Below, one piece after another: positions 29,261-39,002 of a stretch of DNA of 64,000 bases. The stretch is from an uncultured bacterium. Its GTDB lineage: Bacteria > Babelota > Babeliae > Babelales > Babelaceae. Made by a program: the position numbers and the translations under genes. Below the pieces are notes generated by a model. It saw only the letters and a program-made list of their open reading frames with translations. It was not told the origin of the DNA and searched no databases. The stretch is taken from positions 1,088,001 through 1,152,000 of the forward strand of contig CAWFXL010000001.1 in the NCBI GenBank assembly GCA_963819815.1. Reading direction: 5' to 3'. Position 1 is the stretch's first letter. Every line of letters begins with the position of its first letter.

Positions 29261-31954
29261 CTATTTTGTAACTTCCTGCCAGTTCTTCCCTGAGCGTGTA
29301 GTAACAACAAGAGGTACGCTCCACTCAGCAACAGATTCTAGAACCTTTTTCACCAGCTCTTCGGTCCTGTGCAGCTTATCATGAGGCACTTCTAAAAGAA
29401 GCTCATCATGAATCTGCAAGAGAATATGGGCATCTAAGCCTTCCTGGCGAAAAGCTGCTGCAAGATTAACCATGCCCTTTTTCATCAGTTCAGAAGCAGT
29501 GCCCTGAGGAACCGTATTAATAGTTACCCGACGAGCCAAATCATAGAGGGTACGATTGCGCTCATAAATACCCGGCATATACCGACGTCGCCCAAAAACT
29601 GTCTCGACATAGCCCTTTTTGGTAGTCTGCTCGATAACTGATTGCATCCAGGCAACTACACCTGGATACTGTGCCATAAAGGTATCAATATACGTTTTTG
29701 CCACACTATGGCTGATCCCCAGATCTTTTGAAAGGCCATGTGCAGTAAGCCCATACAAAATACTAAAGTTTATACGTTTCCCTATCTGCCGTTGCTCTGA
29801 GGTTACTAGTTCTTGCGCAACTGAAAAAAGCCCTGCAGCTGTTAAGGCATGAATATCCTTATTGTCCTTAAATGCCTTGAGCAACGTGGCATCTTGAGAT
29901 ACATGTGCAAGTACGCGTAACTCAATCTGAGAGTAGTCTGCAGAAAGAAAGACATATCCCTCACGTGGTATAAATGCTGAGCGTATTGCAAACCGATCGA
30001 CCGGAATATTTTGAAGGTTCGGTTCAGAGCTTGCCAATCTACCTGTAGCTGCTGCCGACTGGCTATAGGTCGTATGAATTGCCTTTGTTTGAGGATGAAC
30101 GTACGTCGTAAGAGCATCTAAGTAGGTATTTTTAATCTTAGTTAACTCGCGGTATTTAATGATGCAGGCGGGTACTGGATGGTACTGTGCTAACTGCTCT
30201 AAAACTTCTTGGTCAGTAGAATAACCAGTTTTTCCAGCCGTTTTTTTCATGACTGGTAACTTAAGATGCTCAAATAAGAGAGTACCAAGTTGCTTTGGCG
30301 AGTTCAAATTAATATCAGCAAACTCAGCACCGATGTGGCCAAGCAATTGAGCTTTTAAGGTGGCAATATCATGGGTTACCACAGTATTTATTTCATCGAT
30401 CACCTGGGTATCAAGAAGGATACCTCTTCGTTCCATATCGGTAAGAACCTGTAATACTCCCATTTCAAGGTTACATAGCGAAGAAGCCAACTTTTGCTCT
30501 TCAAGGAGCTTCTTAAAGAAAGGCACCAAACGCATCGTTTGATGTGCATCTGCCGCTGCATATTCAGTTGCAGGCACTAAAGGTACGAAAGAAAAGTCTG
30601 GATACTTCTTCCTTGCAAGAACCTCTTTAAAGGAGAACATCGGTTCATCTAAATATTTTTCTGAAAGAGATTTTAATCCGATACTCTCCGTATCTCCTAG
30701 AGCAAGGCTAGCGGCTAAGATTGTATCAAAGGTCACCCCTACAAGCTTAATCCCATCAGTTGAAAGCATTAAGGCATCGAACTTTGCATGATGAAGATAC
30801 TTCTCAATCTTAGGATCTTCTAAAAGTGGTTTTAATACCTCGACCACCCGTGCACGAGTAAGCTGAGGTTCCTCGGTCTTATGCCCAAAAGGAATATAAT
30901 AGGATACCCCTTCTTCCACACAGATCGACATACCCACCATCTCACTTTGAAGCGGATTAAGTCCGGTTCCTTCGGTATCCAAGGCCAACTGCCCTGCCTG
31001 AGTAATCTTCTGCGCAAGAGTTTGTAATGCTTCTTCAGTAGTAACGCATTCAAAACGGTATTTTGTATGAAGCGTTACCTCTTTTTTAGAAGTAGGAACA
31101 TCGGTAAGGAATGACTTGAAGCCATACTTCTCAAATAACGGATATGCCTGAGCCCACCCCTCCATTGAAAATCTAAATGTTTCCTTATCAGATGGTGTTT
31201 CATAACGCTGCAAGATAAAAAGTTGTTCACTTAAAAAAGCATTTTCTTTTGATTCAGTGAGCAGAGTACGGATTCGCTCAGAGGAAATAGTATCAAGCTT
31301 TGCATAGAGGTCCTGTAAGGACTCAAACTTCTGTACGAGCTGCGTCGCACCTTTTGGACCAATACCTGCTACACCGGGAATATTATCTGATGCATCTCCT
31401 ACTAGAGCAAAGTAAAACGGCAACTTGGTTAGCGGGAATCCTAACTTTTTCTCAAGAGATTCCTTAGTAACCAGCTCCTCCTTAAAAGGATCTAATATGG
31501 TTACTTTCTCGCTCAATACCTGACCCAAGTCCTTATCTGAGGACAATACCACAGATTCATGGCCCTGCTCTTCTAACCGTTTGGCCACCGAAAACATAAG
31601 ATCATCAGCCTCAATTGCTGGCATAGCAAGTTGCTGAAGTCCAATACACGCTGCAAACTCCTGAATTAACTCTTTTTGATGCATAAGATCACTCGGTGTA
31701 GCCTGGCGAGTCTCTTTATAGGCTGAAAACATCTCATGTCGCACCGTCTTACCCTTACTATCCCATACAAGAAGCACATAGGAAGGATTATGAGTATCCA
31801 TGAGCTTCCGAATCATCCTACAAAAGCCATATACTGCATTTATAGGAACCCCTTCCTTCGTCGTTAAGGGCCGAATGCTATAATAAGCTCGATAGAGAAA
31901 AGAGGAGCCATCTATAATATAGACGGGAGATTTTGGGCTATCCACAGATACCAT
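29261..31954 (-). CDS. polA: DNA polymerase I
   Basis: 5'-3' exonuclease IDGSSFLYRAYY, 3'-5' exonuclease LDTEGTG, motif A ADYSQIELR, motif C QIHDELL. Confidence 0.98.
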   Translation of the reverse strand: MVSVDSPKSPVYIIDGSSFLYRAYYSIRPLTTKEGVPINAVYGFCRMIRKLMDTHNPSYVLLVWDSKGKTVRHEMFSAYKETRQATPSDLMHQKELIQEFAACIGLQQLAMPAIEADDLMFSVAKRLEEQGHESVVLSSDKDLGQVLSEKVTILDPFKEELVTKESLEKKLGFPLTKLPFYFALVGDASDNIPGVAGIGPKGATQLVQKFESLQDLYAKLDTISSERIRTLLTESKENAFLSEQLFILQRYETPSDKETFRFSMEGWAQAYPLFEKYGFKSFLTDVPTSKKEVTLHTKYRFECVTTEEALQTLAQKITQAGQLALDTEGTGLNPLQSEMVGMSICVEEGVSYYIPFGHKTEEPQLTRARVVEVLKPLLEDPKIEKYLHHAKFDALMLSTDGIKLVGVTFDTILAASLALGDTESIGLKSLSEKYLDEPMFSFKEVLARKKYPDFSFVPLVPATEYAAADAHQTMRLVPFFKKLLEEQKLASSLCNLEMGVLQVLTDMERRGILLDTQVIDEINTVVTHDIATLKAQLLGHIGAEFADINLNSPKQLGTLLFEHLKLPVMKKTAGKTGYSTDQEVLEQLAQYHPVPACIIKYRELTKIKNTYLDALTTYVHPQTKAIHTTYSQSAAATGRLASSEPNLQNIPVDRFAIRSAFIPREGYVFLSADYSQIELRVLAHVSQDATLLKAFKDNKDIHALTAAGLFSVAQELVTSEQRQIGKRINFSILYGLTAHGLSKDLGISHSVAKTYIDTFMAQYPGVVAWMQSVIEQTTKKGYVETVFGRRRYMPGIYERNRTLYDLARRVTINTVPQGTASELMKKGMVNLAAAFRQEGLDAHILLQIHDELLLEVPHDKLHRTEELVKKVLESVAEWSVPLVVTTRSGKNWQEVTK

Positions 31955-32157
31955 CCTTTGCAAAGAATATTCATATTTTCAGTATACAAAAATCACGAAA
32001 TAAATCAATGGGAAAGACTTCTGGTTAGCTAATCCTGCTAAAGGTTTTTATTGCCTGCTCAGCGTACCGTTAAAAACCGAATTGACGATTCGAGACTTTT
32101 TGTGTATAATCTATATATAATTTATCAAAAATTTGCCAATTAATCAAAAAAATTCTT

Positions 32158-33681
32158 ATGGTTGTATTAAATATGACAAAAAACATCCGGCATTCAATCA
32201 TCAATAGACTATTCCTTGCTCTACTGTTCAGCATTACACTATTCCAATACATATTTTCTGCAGACTGCACTAAAGCCTTCACAGATACGCGCAAACATCT
32301 CACCCTCGAGCTCATAGCAGCAGTGAAAAGGGGAGATCACCTTGAAATAAAGTCTCTCGTCAGAAGAGGTGCTCTTATTGCCGATGATGATGGGGTTGGT
32401 GGCAATAGAGGCATCAATGCCCTTGAATGGGCAGCTATTAAGGGTGATGAAAAGTGTATAAATGCGCTTCTAGATGCCTTAGAAAACAATTCCCTTCCCC
32501 AAAATTCTCTATCTTGTGAAAGCAGCTACATCAATCCGAATGACACATTAGAGGAAATCAAGCAATTTCGTGAGGGTATTATCCTTTCTTTCTGCAGACT
32601 CGATGGAGAAAACCGGCTAAATCTTCTTAGAGGCATCATGCGCCATGAACTCCCACCAAAAGCAAAGGAGTTTTTTGCGAATGTCATTGAAGACGCTGGG
32701 CATCAGCTCACAAGAGATAAGCTCTTTGCTTTTGCTAAGTCTAGATATTATCGAGAGGTGGCAGAAGCTCTCTTGGCTACTGGATATATCTATTCATCAC
32801 ATCCTTTAAGAGACTGGCCAGACTTTCAAGATCTTGATAGGCTCTATCAGGCAGCGGTTAGACGTTGCGATTACCGACTCATGAAGGCAATGGAAGGACT
32901 TGCTATCTCTACTTTCAAGTTTATTACGACACCCTGCATGACTCAGGAAGATAAAGAGGCAAAAAAACTTTATTTTGAAGTCTTCATTCGAGCTAGCATA
33001 CTAAGGTATATGCCAACAAGGCAAAAAGCTAAGAAAGCTCTTTTTAGCTTGTGGCGCAAGATAGAGTTGCTCAACAAAGTTACCGTACTACCTCCCTATG
33101 TTCTTCTTGACATTCTCTCCTACCCTGGAGTATCCGATAAAGATTTGCTTACCCTTTCGGTGTATGAGGTGGCGCACTCTCTTGACGATATTGAGGCTCT
33201 GTTCATTACGATACCCATGAGAACCACTAGGACGGCACCTGAAATCAGGCAGCAGTTTAATCACTACTTCTGGCCATTATTGAAAGCAACAAGACAGCGT
33301 ATGATTAAGCAACTTCACAAAATTTCAAAAGCTGAGGAATGCTATAACCGACTCTTCCCGAACGTTGACTCATTTGAAAAGGACTATGAAAATGCGCTTA
33401 AGTCAGTTGCCCTGAAATCTGACGGCTCAGCCACAACAATTTCTTCTGCAAATCTTACTCAAATACTCCCTCCTATTGCTATAAAAGATGAGTCTCATAG
33501 AGATGCACCTAAGCCAGTTACCCTGGAATCTGAGGACTCAGCTACAACAAGCTCTTCCGCAAATTCAACTCAAATGCTCCCCCCTATTGCCACAGAAAAA
33601 GAATGCGCAAGCCATGAAACGGTGAGAAGTAATAGCTGGGCCTGGAAGCTCTTGGAGGTATTTTGGGGTCAAAGTGGGTAA
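32158..33681 (+). CDS. Secreted ankyrin-repeat protein with duplicated low-complexity C-terminal segment
   Basis: LIAAVKRGDHLEIKSLVRRGA and NALEWAAIKGDEKCINALL ankyrin repeats; signal peptide. Confidence 0.75.
   Translation: MVVLNMTKNIRHSIINRLFLALLFSITLFQYIFSADCTKAFTDTRKHLTLELIAAVKRGDHLEIKSLVRRGALIADDDGVGGNRGINALEWAAIKGDEKCINALLDALENNSLPQNSLSCESSYINPNDTLEEIKQFREGIILSFCRLDGENRLNLLRGIMRHELPPKAKEFFANVIEDAGHQLTRDKLFAFAKSRYYREVAEALLATGYIYSSHPLRDWPDFQDLDRLYQAAVRRCDYRLMKAMEGLAISTFKFITTPCMTQEDKEAKKLYFEVFIRASILRYMPTRQKAKKALFSLWRKIELLNKVTVLPPYVLLDILSYPGVSDKDLLTLSVYEVAHSLDDIEALFITIPMRTTRTAPEIRQQFNHYFWPLLKATRQRMIKQLHKISKAEECYNRLFPNVDSFEKDYENALKSVALKSDGSATTISSANLTQILPPIAIKDESHRDAPKPVTLESEDSATTSSSANSTQMLPPIATEKECASHETVRSNSWAWKLLEVFWGQSG
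33391..33603 (+). repeat. Diverged 111-bp (37-aa) intragenic tandem duplication
   Basis: NALKSVALKSDGSATTISSANLTQILPPIAIKDE / DAPKPVTLESEDSATTSSSANSTQMLPPIATEKE. Confidence 0.85.
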
Positions 33682-33863
33682 AACCTATTCTTTACCAAGG
33701 ATGAAAGCATAACTATTAGATCAATTTTTTGAAAGTAGCACGAATAGTTCAATTTTTCAAAATTTTAGAAGATTGAGCTCCTTCGACTCATAGGCTAGGT
33801 GAATTCATTCAAGCATGCTACACTACTTCTTATACAGCAACTACCTGCGCTCAAGGAGCTCCT

Positions 33864-34217
33864 ATGAATGACTCAACTACCACTATAGATTCCCTCAAAA
33901 AGAACGTACGCTCCTTTATCGAGGAGCGAGATTGGCAGAAATTTCAGACTCCCAAGAATGTCACCATGGCTCTTTCGGTGGAAGTCGCTGAACTCATGGA
34001 GTTTTTTATGTGGGATACTTCTCAAGGGTCAGTTCAAAAGCTTGATGAAAAGCGAGAAGCAGTAGAAATGGAAGTTGCTGACATAGCATCATATCTTTTA
34101 ACACTCTGCACCTATTACAATATTGACCTGACAAAGGCAATGGAGCGCAAGGCCAAGCTTAACGCAGACAAATACACTCTTGAAAAGAGTAAGGAAATCT
34201 CAGGCACCATATACTAA
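33864..34217 (+). CDS. MazG-like / DCTPP1-type nucleotide pyrophosphohydrolase (copy 1)
   Basis: ERDWQKFQTPKN, EVAELME, EVAD. Confidence 0.88.
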   Translation: MNDSTTTIDSLKKNVRSFIEERDWQKFQTPKNVTMALSVEVAELMEFFMWDTSQGSVQKLDEKREAVEMEVADIASYLLTLCTYYNIDLTKAMERKAKLNADKYTLEKSKEISGTIY

Positions 34218-34340
34218 TTGGGTAGCTGCATAGTTGTAATTGTTCAAACTCTACCCGATTTAGGCGAATTTACTCAGACATGCTACACTACTTCTTACTA
34301 GCACCCTATAGAGCAACTCTATACGCTTCAAGGAGTACCT

Positions 34341-34700
34341 ATGAACGACTCAACTACTACCATAGATTCCCTCAAAAAGAGCGTACGTTCCTTTGTCGAT
34401 GAACGAGACTGGCAACAATTTCGTACTCCTAAGAATGTTACTATGGCCCTCTCAGTAGAAGCTGCTGAGCTCATGGAGTTTTTTATGTGGGATACTCCTC
34501 AAGGGTCCGTGCAAAAGCTTGAAGAAAAGCGAGAATCTGTAGAAATGGAAGTTGCTGATGTAGCAGCCTATCTTTTCTATCTCTGCTCAAACTATAATAT
34601 CGACCTTACACAAGCAATGGAACGTAAGACTAAGCTCAATGCGGCTAAATACCCGATTGAAAAAAGCAAGGGCATCTCCGCAAAATATAATGATCTGTAA
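34341..34700 (+). CDS. MazG-like / DCTPP1-type nucleotide pyrophosphohydrolase (copy 2)
   Basis: ERDWQQFRTPKN, EAAELME, EVAD, canonical KYP...KG...KY tail. Confidence 0.9.
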   Translation: MNDSTTTIDSLKKSVRSFVDERDWQQFRTPKNVTMALSVEAAELMEFFMWDTPQGSVQKLEEKRESVEMEVADVAAYLFYLCSNYNIDLTQAMERKTKLNAAKYPIEKSKGISAKYNDL

Positions 34701-34702
34701 GC

Positions 34703-36667
34703 ATGTACATCACCGTCAAACTCCTTAACGGGTTTAAAGAATCACTTACCTATAAAGTTCCCCACGGATGGTCCTCAAAAGAACTAGAGGGAACCCTTAT
34801 CAAAGTACCTCTTCAAAAGAGGTATGAATTCGCATTCGTTGAAAAGTGCTTTACCCATCTTGATAGCAGAGCTACCTACGTCATTAGAGAAGCAGCCGCC
34901 ACCGACCTTATCCCTACTGATCCCCATTACATGTCGTTCTTAACCAAGTTAAGTGCATACTATGCTCTTGATAAGTTCACCTTTATACGGCGGTTAAAGC
35001 ATTTTTTTGAGGAAAAGAAGCAAACGCACGAGATTATCTTATCTGATTCATTTGAACCAAAGAGCACGACGCTCACTCAGGAACAACAGACTATTGTTAC
35101 TACCTTGTCTCAAAAAATTACTGAAGGGGTATACTACCCTTCCTTGCTCCATGGAGTTACTGGATCAGGAAAAACTGAAGTCTATAAAGCGCTTATCCAA
35201 CATGCTTGGCAAGAGGGGAAAGGAGCCTTACTGCTTTTACCCGAGGTATCGCTTGCAGCTCAATTCTCCCGCCTTTTGAAAAAGCAGCTGCCGAGCTCTA
35301 TTTCTCTGTTTAGCTTTCACTCAGCTACCAGTGCATCAGAAAAACGTGCCCTCTGGGCACATCTTATGGAAAATAGGCCTGCCGTTATTCTCGGTGTACA
35401 TCTACCTATGTTGCTGCCTCTTCCGCAACTTGGTCTTATTATTATCGATGAAGAGCATGACCCTGGTTACCAAGAAAAGCGTCATCCTAAAGTAAATATG
35501 AAAGAAGCAGCACTCTTACGAGCCCAATGTTCCTCTATCCCGGTCATTGCCGGCTCTGCCACACCCTCTATAACTTCGCTTTATAATGTAGAACATAGAG
35601 GCTGGCATCTCTTTACGTTAAAAAAACGTTTTGCCGGTTCATTTCCCAATGTTCGGGTAGTTAAACTTACGCATAAGAGTCCGCGAAAACATTTCTTTAT
35701 CAGTACTGAACTTGAAGAAGCTCTCAAAAAGCAGCTTGAGAAAAAAGAGCAGACCATCATATTTCTCAATAGACGAGGGTACTGCTTCTTTATTCAATGC
35801 AAATCGTGTGGTACGGTCCCTCACTGCGTAAACTGCGACGTGAGCCTCACCCTTCATAAAAATGATACATTACGCTGCCACTATTGCTCCTATGCTATCG
35901 CGCTCCCTTCTGAATGTAGCTCATGTAAAAAAACGGTCTTCCTCAAAAAGGGAATCGGCACGCAACAAGTCGTCACTATTCTTGAGAAACTATTTCCTCA
36001 CGCTCGCATAGCTCGAGCTGATCTTGACACTACCATCGATAAGAAAAAATGGACTGAGACCATGAAGGCATTCGAGGCAGGAGAAACCGATATTCTTGTC
36101 GGCACTCAAACGATTACCAAAGGGTACCATTTCCCTAAAGTTACCTTAGTGGGGATCCTCTGGGCAGATATTAACTTAAGTATTCCGATGTACAATGCAG
36201 CAGAAGTTACTCTGCAGCAGCTCATTCAGGTAGCAGGACGAGCAGGACGACAATCACCTGACAGTCAAGTCATCGTACAGACCCTGATTGATCATCCTAT
36301 ATTTCAGTACTTGAATGAGCAGGATTATACAAACTATTACGCCCATGAAATTGAAAAAAGAAAGGAGGTTATCTATCCTCCTTGTATCCGATTTGCTGAA
36401 ATAGAGTGTAAGCACGAAAATGAATCGATCGTTGAGCAAGAAGCCAAGCGTTTAGCACAGATACTTAAAAAGTCTGCACTGCAGGACAGAAAAAAGATCA
36501 CGATACTCGGGCCAAGCACACCACCCGTATCAAAAATTAAAAAGGTTTATTCTCGGAAGATATATATAAAGGCTGAGTCGATAGATACTATTATAGGCAC
36601 CTATCGTGCAATAGATCGCAGCTCATTCAAATGCGCGCTCTACTTTACCCCAAATCCCCTTTCATAA
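34703..36667 (+). CDS. priA: Primosomal protein N'
   Basis: HGVTGSGKTEVY, IIIDEEHD, SATPS, four CxxC pairs, QVAGRAGR. Confidence 0.96.
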   Translation: MYITVKLLNGFKESLTYKVPHGWSSKELEGTLIKVPLQKRYEFAFVEKCFTHLDSRATYVIREAAATDLIPTDPHYMSFLTKLSAYYALDKFTFIRRLKHFFEEKKQTHEIILSDSFEPKSTTLTQEQQTIVTTLSQKITEGVYYPSLLHGVTGSGKTEVYKALIQHAWQEGKGALLLLPEVSLAAQFSRLLKKQLPSSISLFSFHSATSASEKRALWAHLMENRPAVILGVHLPMLLPLPQLGLIIIDEEHDPGYQEKRHPKVNMKEAALLRAQCSSIPVIAGSATPSITSLYNVEHRGWHLFTLKKRFAGSFPNVRVVKLTHKSPRKHFFISTELEEALKKQLEKKEQTIIFLNRRGYCFFIQCKSCGTVPHCVNCDVSLTLHKNDTLRCHYCSYAIALPSECSSCKKTVFLKKGIGTQQVVTILEKLFPHARIARADLDTTIDKKKWTETMKAFEAGETDILVGTQTITKGYHFPKVTLVGILWADINLSIPMYNAAEVTLQQLIQVAGRAGRQSPDSQVIVQTLIDHPIFQYLNEQDYTNYYAHEIEKRKEVIYPPCIRFAEIECKHENESIVEQEAKRLAQILKKSALQDRKKITILGPSTPPVSKIKKVYSRKIYIKAESIDTIIGTYRAIDRSSFKCALYFTPNPLS

Positions 36668-36711
36668 AGCAGCGACCGCTGAACTTTTGAACAGTCGAAG
36701 AAGCTAGAAAA

Positions 36712-37401
36712 CTACTTTCGACGAAAGGCGAGCCTATCAAGGAAGAATTCTTGTTTGATATCACCGGTATAAAGATCTTTATTAATCCCTATAAGACGTA
36801 CTTTTAATGCGGCGACCTCTTTCTTATTGGTAGCTACAGAAGCTATTAGATCAGAAAGCTCATGCCTTCCTTTCTCATTGCGATAGGTCTCAGATGTGTG
36901 CTTCATGGCTGTAAGGGTATACTCTTGCTTATCCACTTCAAAGGTTTTCAGAAGAAGCTTTCTTTCAACATCTACCTTATCACCTGCCAAAAATGCTTTT
37001 TTCATGATCAGGTCAAACACTGGTTTGCTCACCGGCTGTCCCCCGTTAAGTACAGCAATATCCTTTTCCATTGAGGCAGCAAGAAGTCCTAACTCATCGA
37101 TATAGGTTGGATACAGGAGCTGCTTCAGCTTCTCATGGTACTGTTGATAGGAAGGAACCTGACCCTGAACCGGAACTGACAGGTTCTGCTTCTCTTTAAA
37201 AGAATCTGCCAGTTCTTTCTTCAAATCTTGAATCGCTTGCTTAACGGCCAGTTGCTTGTTTTGAACGATAAAAAGCCCCTCAATTACAGCCCCCTTTGTA
37301 ACCGCATCTGATTCAGCAGCACCTTTGGAAACGGAATGTACCTGAGCTTTTCCCTGGGCGCTACATATTCCCAGAACAAAAATGACACTATATTTTTTCA
37401 T
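36712..37401 (-). CDS. Hypothetical secreted helical protein
   Basis: 229-aa ORF with signal peptide and AAGGGA RBS. Confidence 0.6.
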   Translation of the reverse strand: MKKYSVIFVLGICSAQGKAQVHSVSKGAAESDAVTKGAVIEGLFIVQNKQLAVKQAIQDLKKELADSFKEKQNLSVPVQGQVPSYQQYHEKLKQLLYPTYIDELGLLAASMEKDIAVLNGGQPVSKPVFDLIMKKAFLAGDKVDVERKLLLKTFEVDKQEYTLTAMKHTSETYRNEKGRHELSDLIASVATNKKEVAALKVRLIGINKDLYTGDIKQEFFLDRLAFRRK

Positions 37402-37458
37402 GATCTATCCCTTTTTATTTAAGCGTACACAAACAAAAGAATCACTGTAAAGAGTGCT

Positions 37459-38421
37459 TTATAACTTATTTTTATACTGCATAGAACGCTCATCATAAAA
37501 GAAAAGTGCGACGCCCATAAAGGTAACAGCGCATGCTATGAAGAAAAGCGTTGAGAGTGGTTCGCCAAGCAACGTCCAACCAATAAGTTGAACAAAGATT
37601 GGAATCAAAAATCCAGCAAGGGCCACAAATGTTGCACTGTGCCTTTTAAGAGCATATCCATACAGCGTGTACCCAAGCACATTTCCAATAAGCGTCGTAT
37701 ACAGAAGAAAAACACTCAGCTGAGCCATGGATGAAAGCGATATAAATGGCTGCATGCTTAAAAGAGGTATATCAGCAAACGATAAGGGAGTCACGGTATA
37801 GGTTCCTCGCATTAAAACCATAGCAAGACAGAGAATGCCACTCACTCCCATAGTAAAAACATTAAACTGAAGCGGTGTTATATGCTCCTTCTTCAAGAGC
37901 TGCTGCCCCTGAATCCAACCCAGTCTACTTATGATAACTGCGGCTAAAGCGGCTAATTCAGGGTAAGATAGGATAGCAAATGCTTTAAGCTGCTCTTCCA
38001 TGGGAGACAAGCTTGATAATAGGATGAGCATCCCACAAAACCCAATCGCTATGCCTAGCCATTGTCGCCAACTCAAGCGCTCATGAAACCAAAAATATGA
38101 ATAGAGCGCTGCCACAAAGGGATCAAGTGTGCCAAAATATGCCATCTTATAAGAAGGCATATTGGCTAAGGCATAGGCTTTTAAGTTTGAAGGAAAAAAC
38201 GTTGTACACAAGGCGATAATGATCAGCCCTGCAAAAAACTGCTTAAGTACCTGCCATCGTAAGATATACCCCTCACGAGCGTAGACATACCCAGCAAGCA
38301 AAACAGATGCTGCCGCCATACGTATCCCTACAAGGAACTCAGGACTTAATGCAAACAAAATCACTTTATTGGCTGAGATGCCACTTGCTAAGAAAACATA
38401 TGCTAGGAATAGGAGCATCAT
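37459..38421 (-). CDS. EamA/DMT family transporter
   Basis: About 10 TM segments in two repeats; RM in TM2; ERLSWRQWLG; LLGEPLS. Confidence 0.88.
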   Translation of the reverse strand: MMLLFLAYVFLASGISANKVILFALSPEFLVGIRMAAASVLLAGYVYAREGYILRWQVLKQFFAGLIIIALCTTFFPSNLKAYALANMPSYKMAYFGTLDPFVAALYSYFWFHERLSWRQWLGIAIGFCGMLILLSSLSPMEEQLKAFAILSYPELAALAAVIISRLGWIQGQQLLKKEHITPLQFNVFTMGVSGILCLAMVLMRGTYTVTPLSFADIPLLSMQPFISLSSMAQLSVFLLYTTLIGNVLGYTLYGYALKRHSATFVALAGFLIPIFVQLIGWTLLGEPLSTLFFIACAVTFMGVALFFYDERSMQYKNKL

Positions 38422-38975
38422 ACCTTATTCTCACAAAAGAAAAAAGTGCGATAATGCTTCAGCTCTTCAATCGACTGCATAATATCCTCCATCGCCCGGT
38501 GGTTCTCTACCTTTACAAAAAACGTATGCTCATTTGTAGGGTACCAACGCTTAATAGCCTCTTTTATTGAACTCACATCGATAATACGATAGTTCAAAAA
38601 TCGGTCTAGACGAGGCATCTGCTTGCGCAAGAAATGGCGATCTTGCCATACTGAGTTTCCACACAAGGGAGAAAGCCCTCGATGTGCAAATTCCTCAAGG
38701 AATATAAGGGTGGCTTCCTCAGCCTCTTCAAGAGAAATGGTAGACTTGACCACTTTATCGATAAGTCCAGATTTGCCATGATGAGTTTTATTCCAATCAT
38801 CCATGCTTTCTAGATATGACTCATCGCAGTGTATAACCAGAGAAGGGCCCTCGGCAACCAGGTCGAGATTGTTCGACGTTACCACGGTGGCAATCTCAAT
38901 AATAGTCTCCCGATCGGGATCCAAGCCGGTCATTTCTAAATCAATCCAAACGAGGTTACTCTGATAACGGTCCAT
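38418..38975 (-). CDS. orn: Oligoribonuclease
   Basis: VWIDLEMTGLDP, HGKSGL, LCGNSV, DVSSIKE, HRAMEDI. Confidence 0.96.
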   Translation of the reverse strand: MDRYQSNLVWIDLEMTGLDPDRETIIEIATVVTSNNLDLVAEGPSLVIHCDESYLESMDDWNKTHHGKSGLIDKVVKSTISLEEAEEATLIFLEEFAHRGLSPLCGNSVWQDRHFLRKQMPRLDRFLNYRIIDVSSIKEAIKRWYPTNEHTFFVKVENHRAMEDIMQSIEELKHYRTFFFCENKV

Positions 38976-39002
38976 ACTATTTTCTTAATCGGTTAAACGT
39001 AT

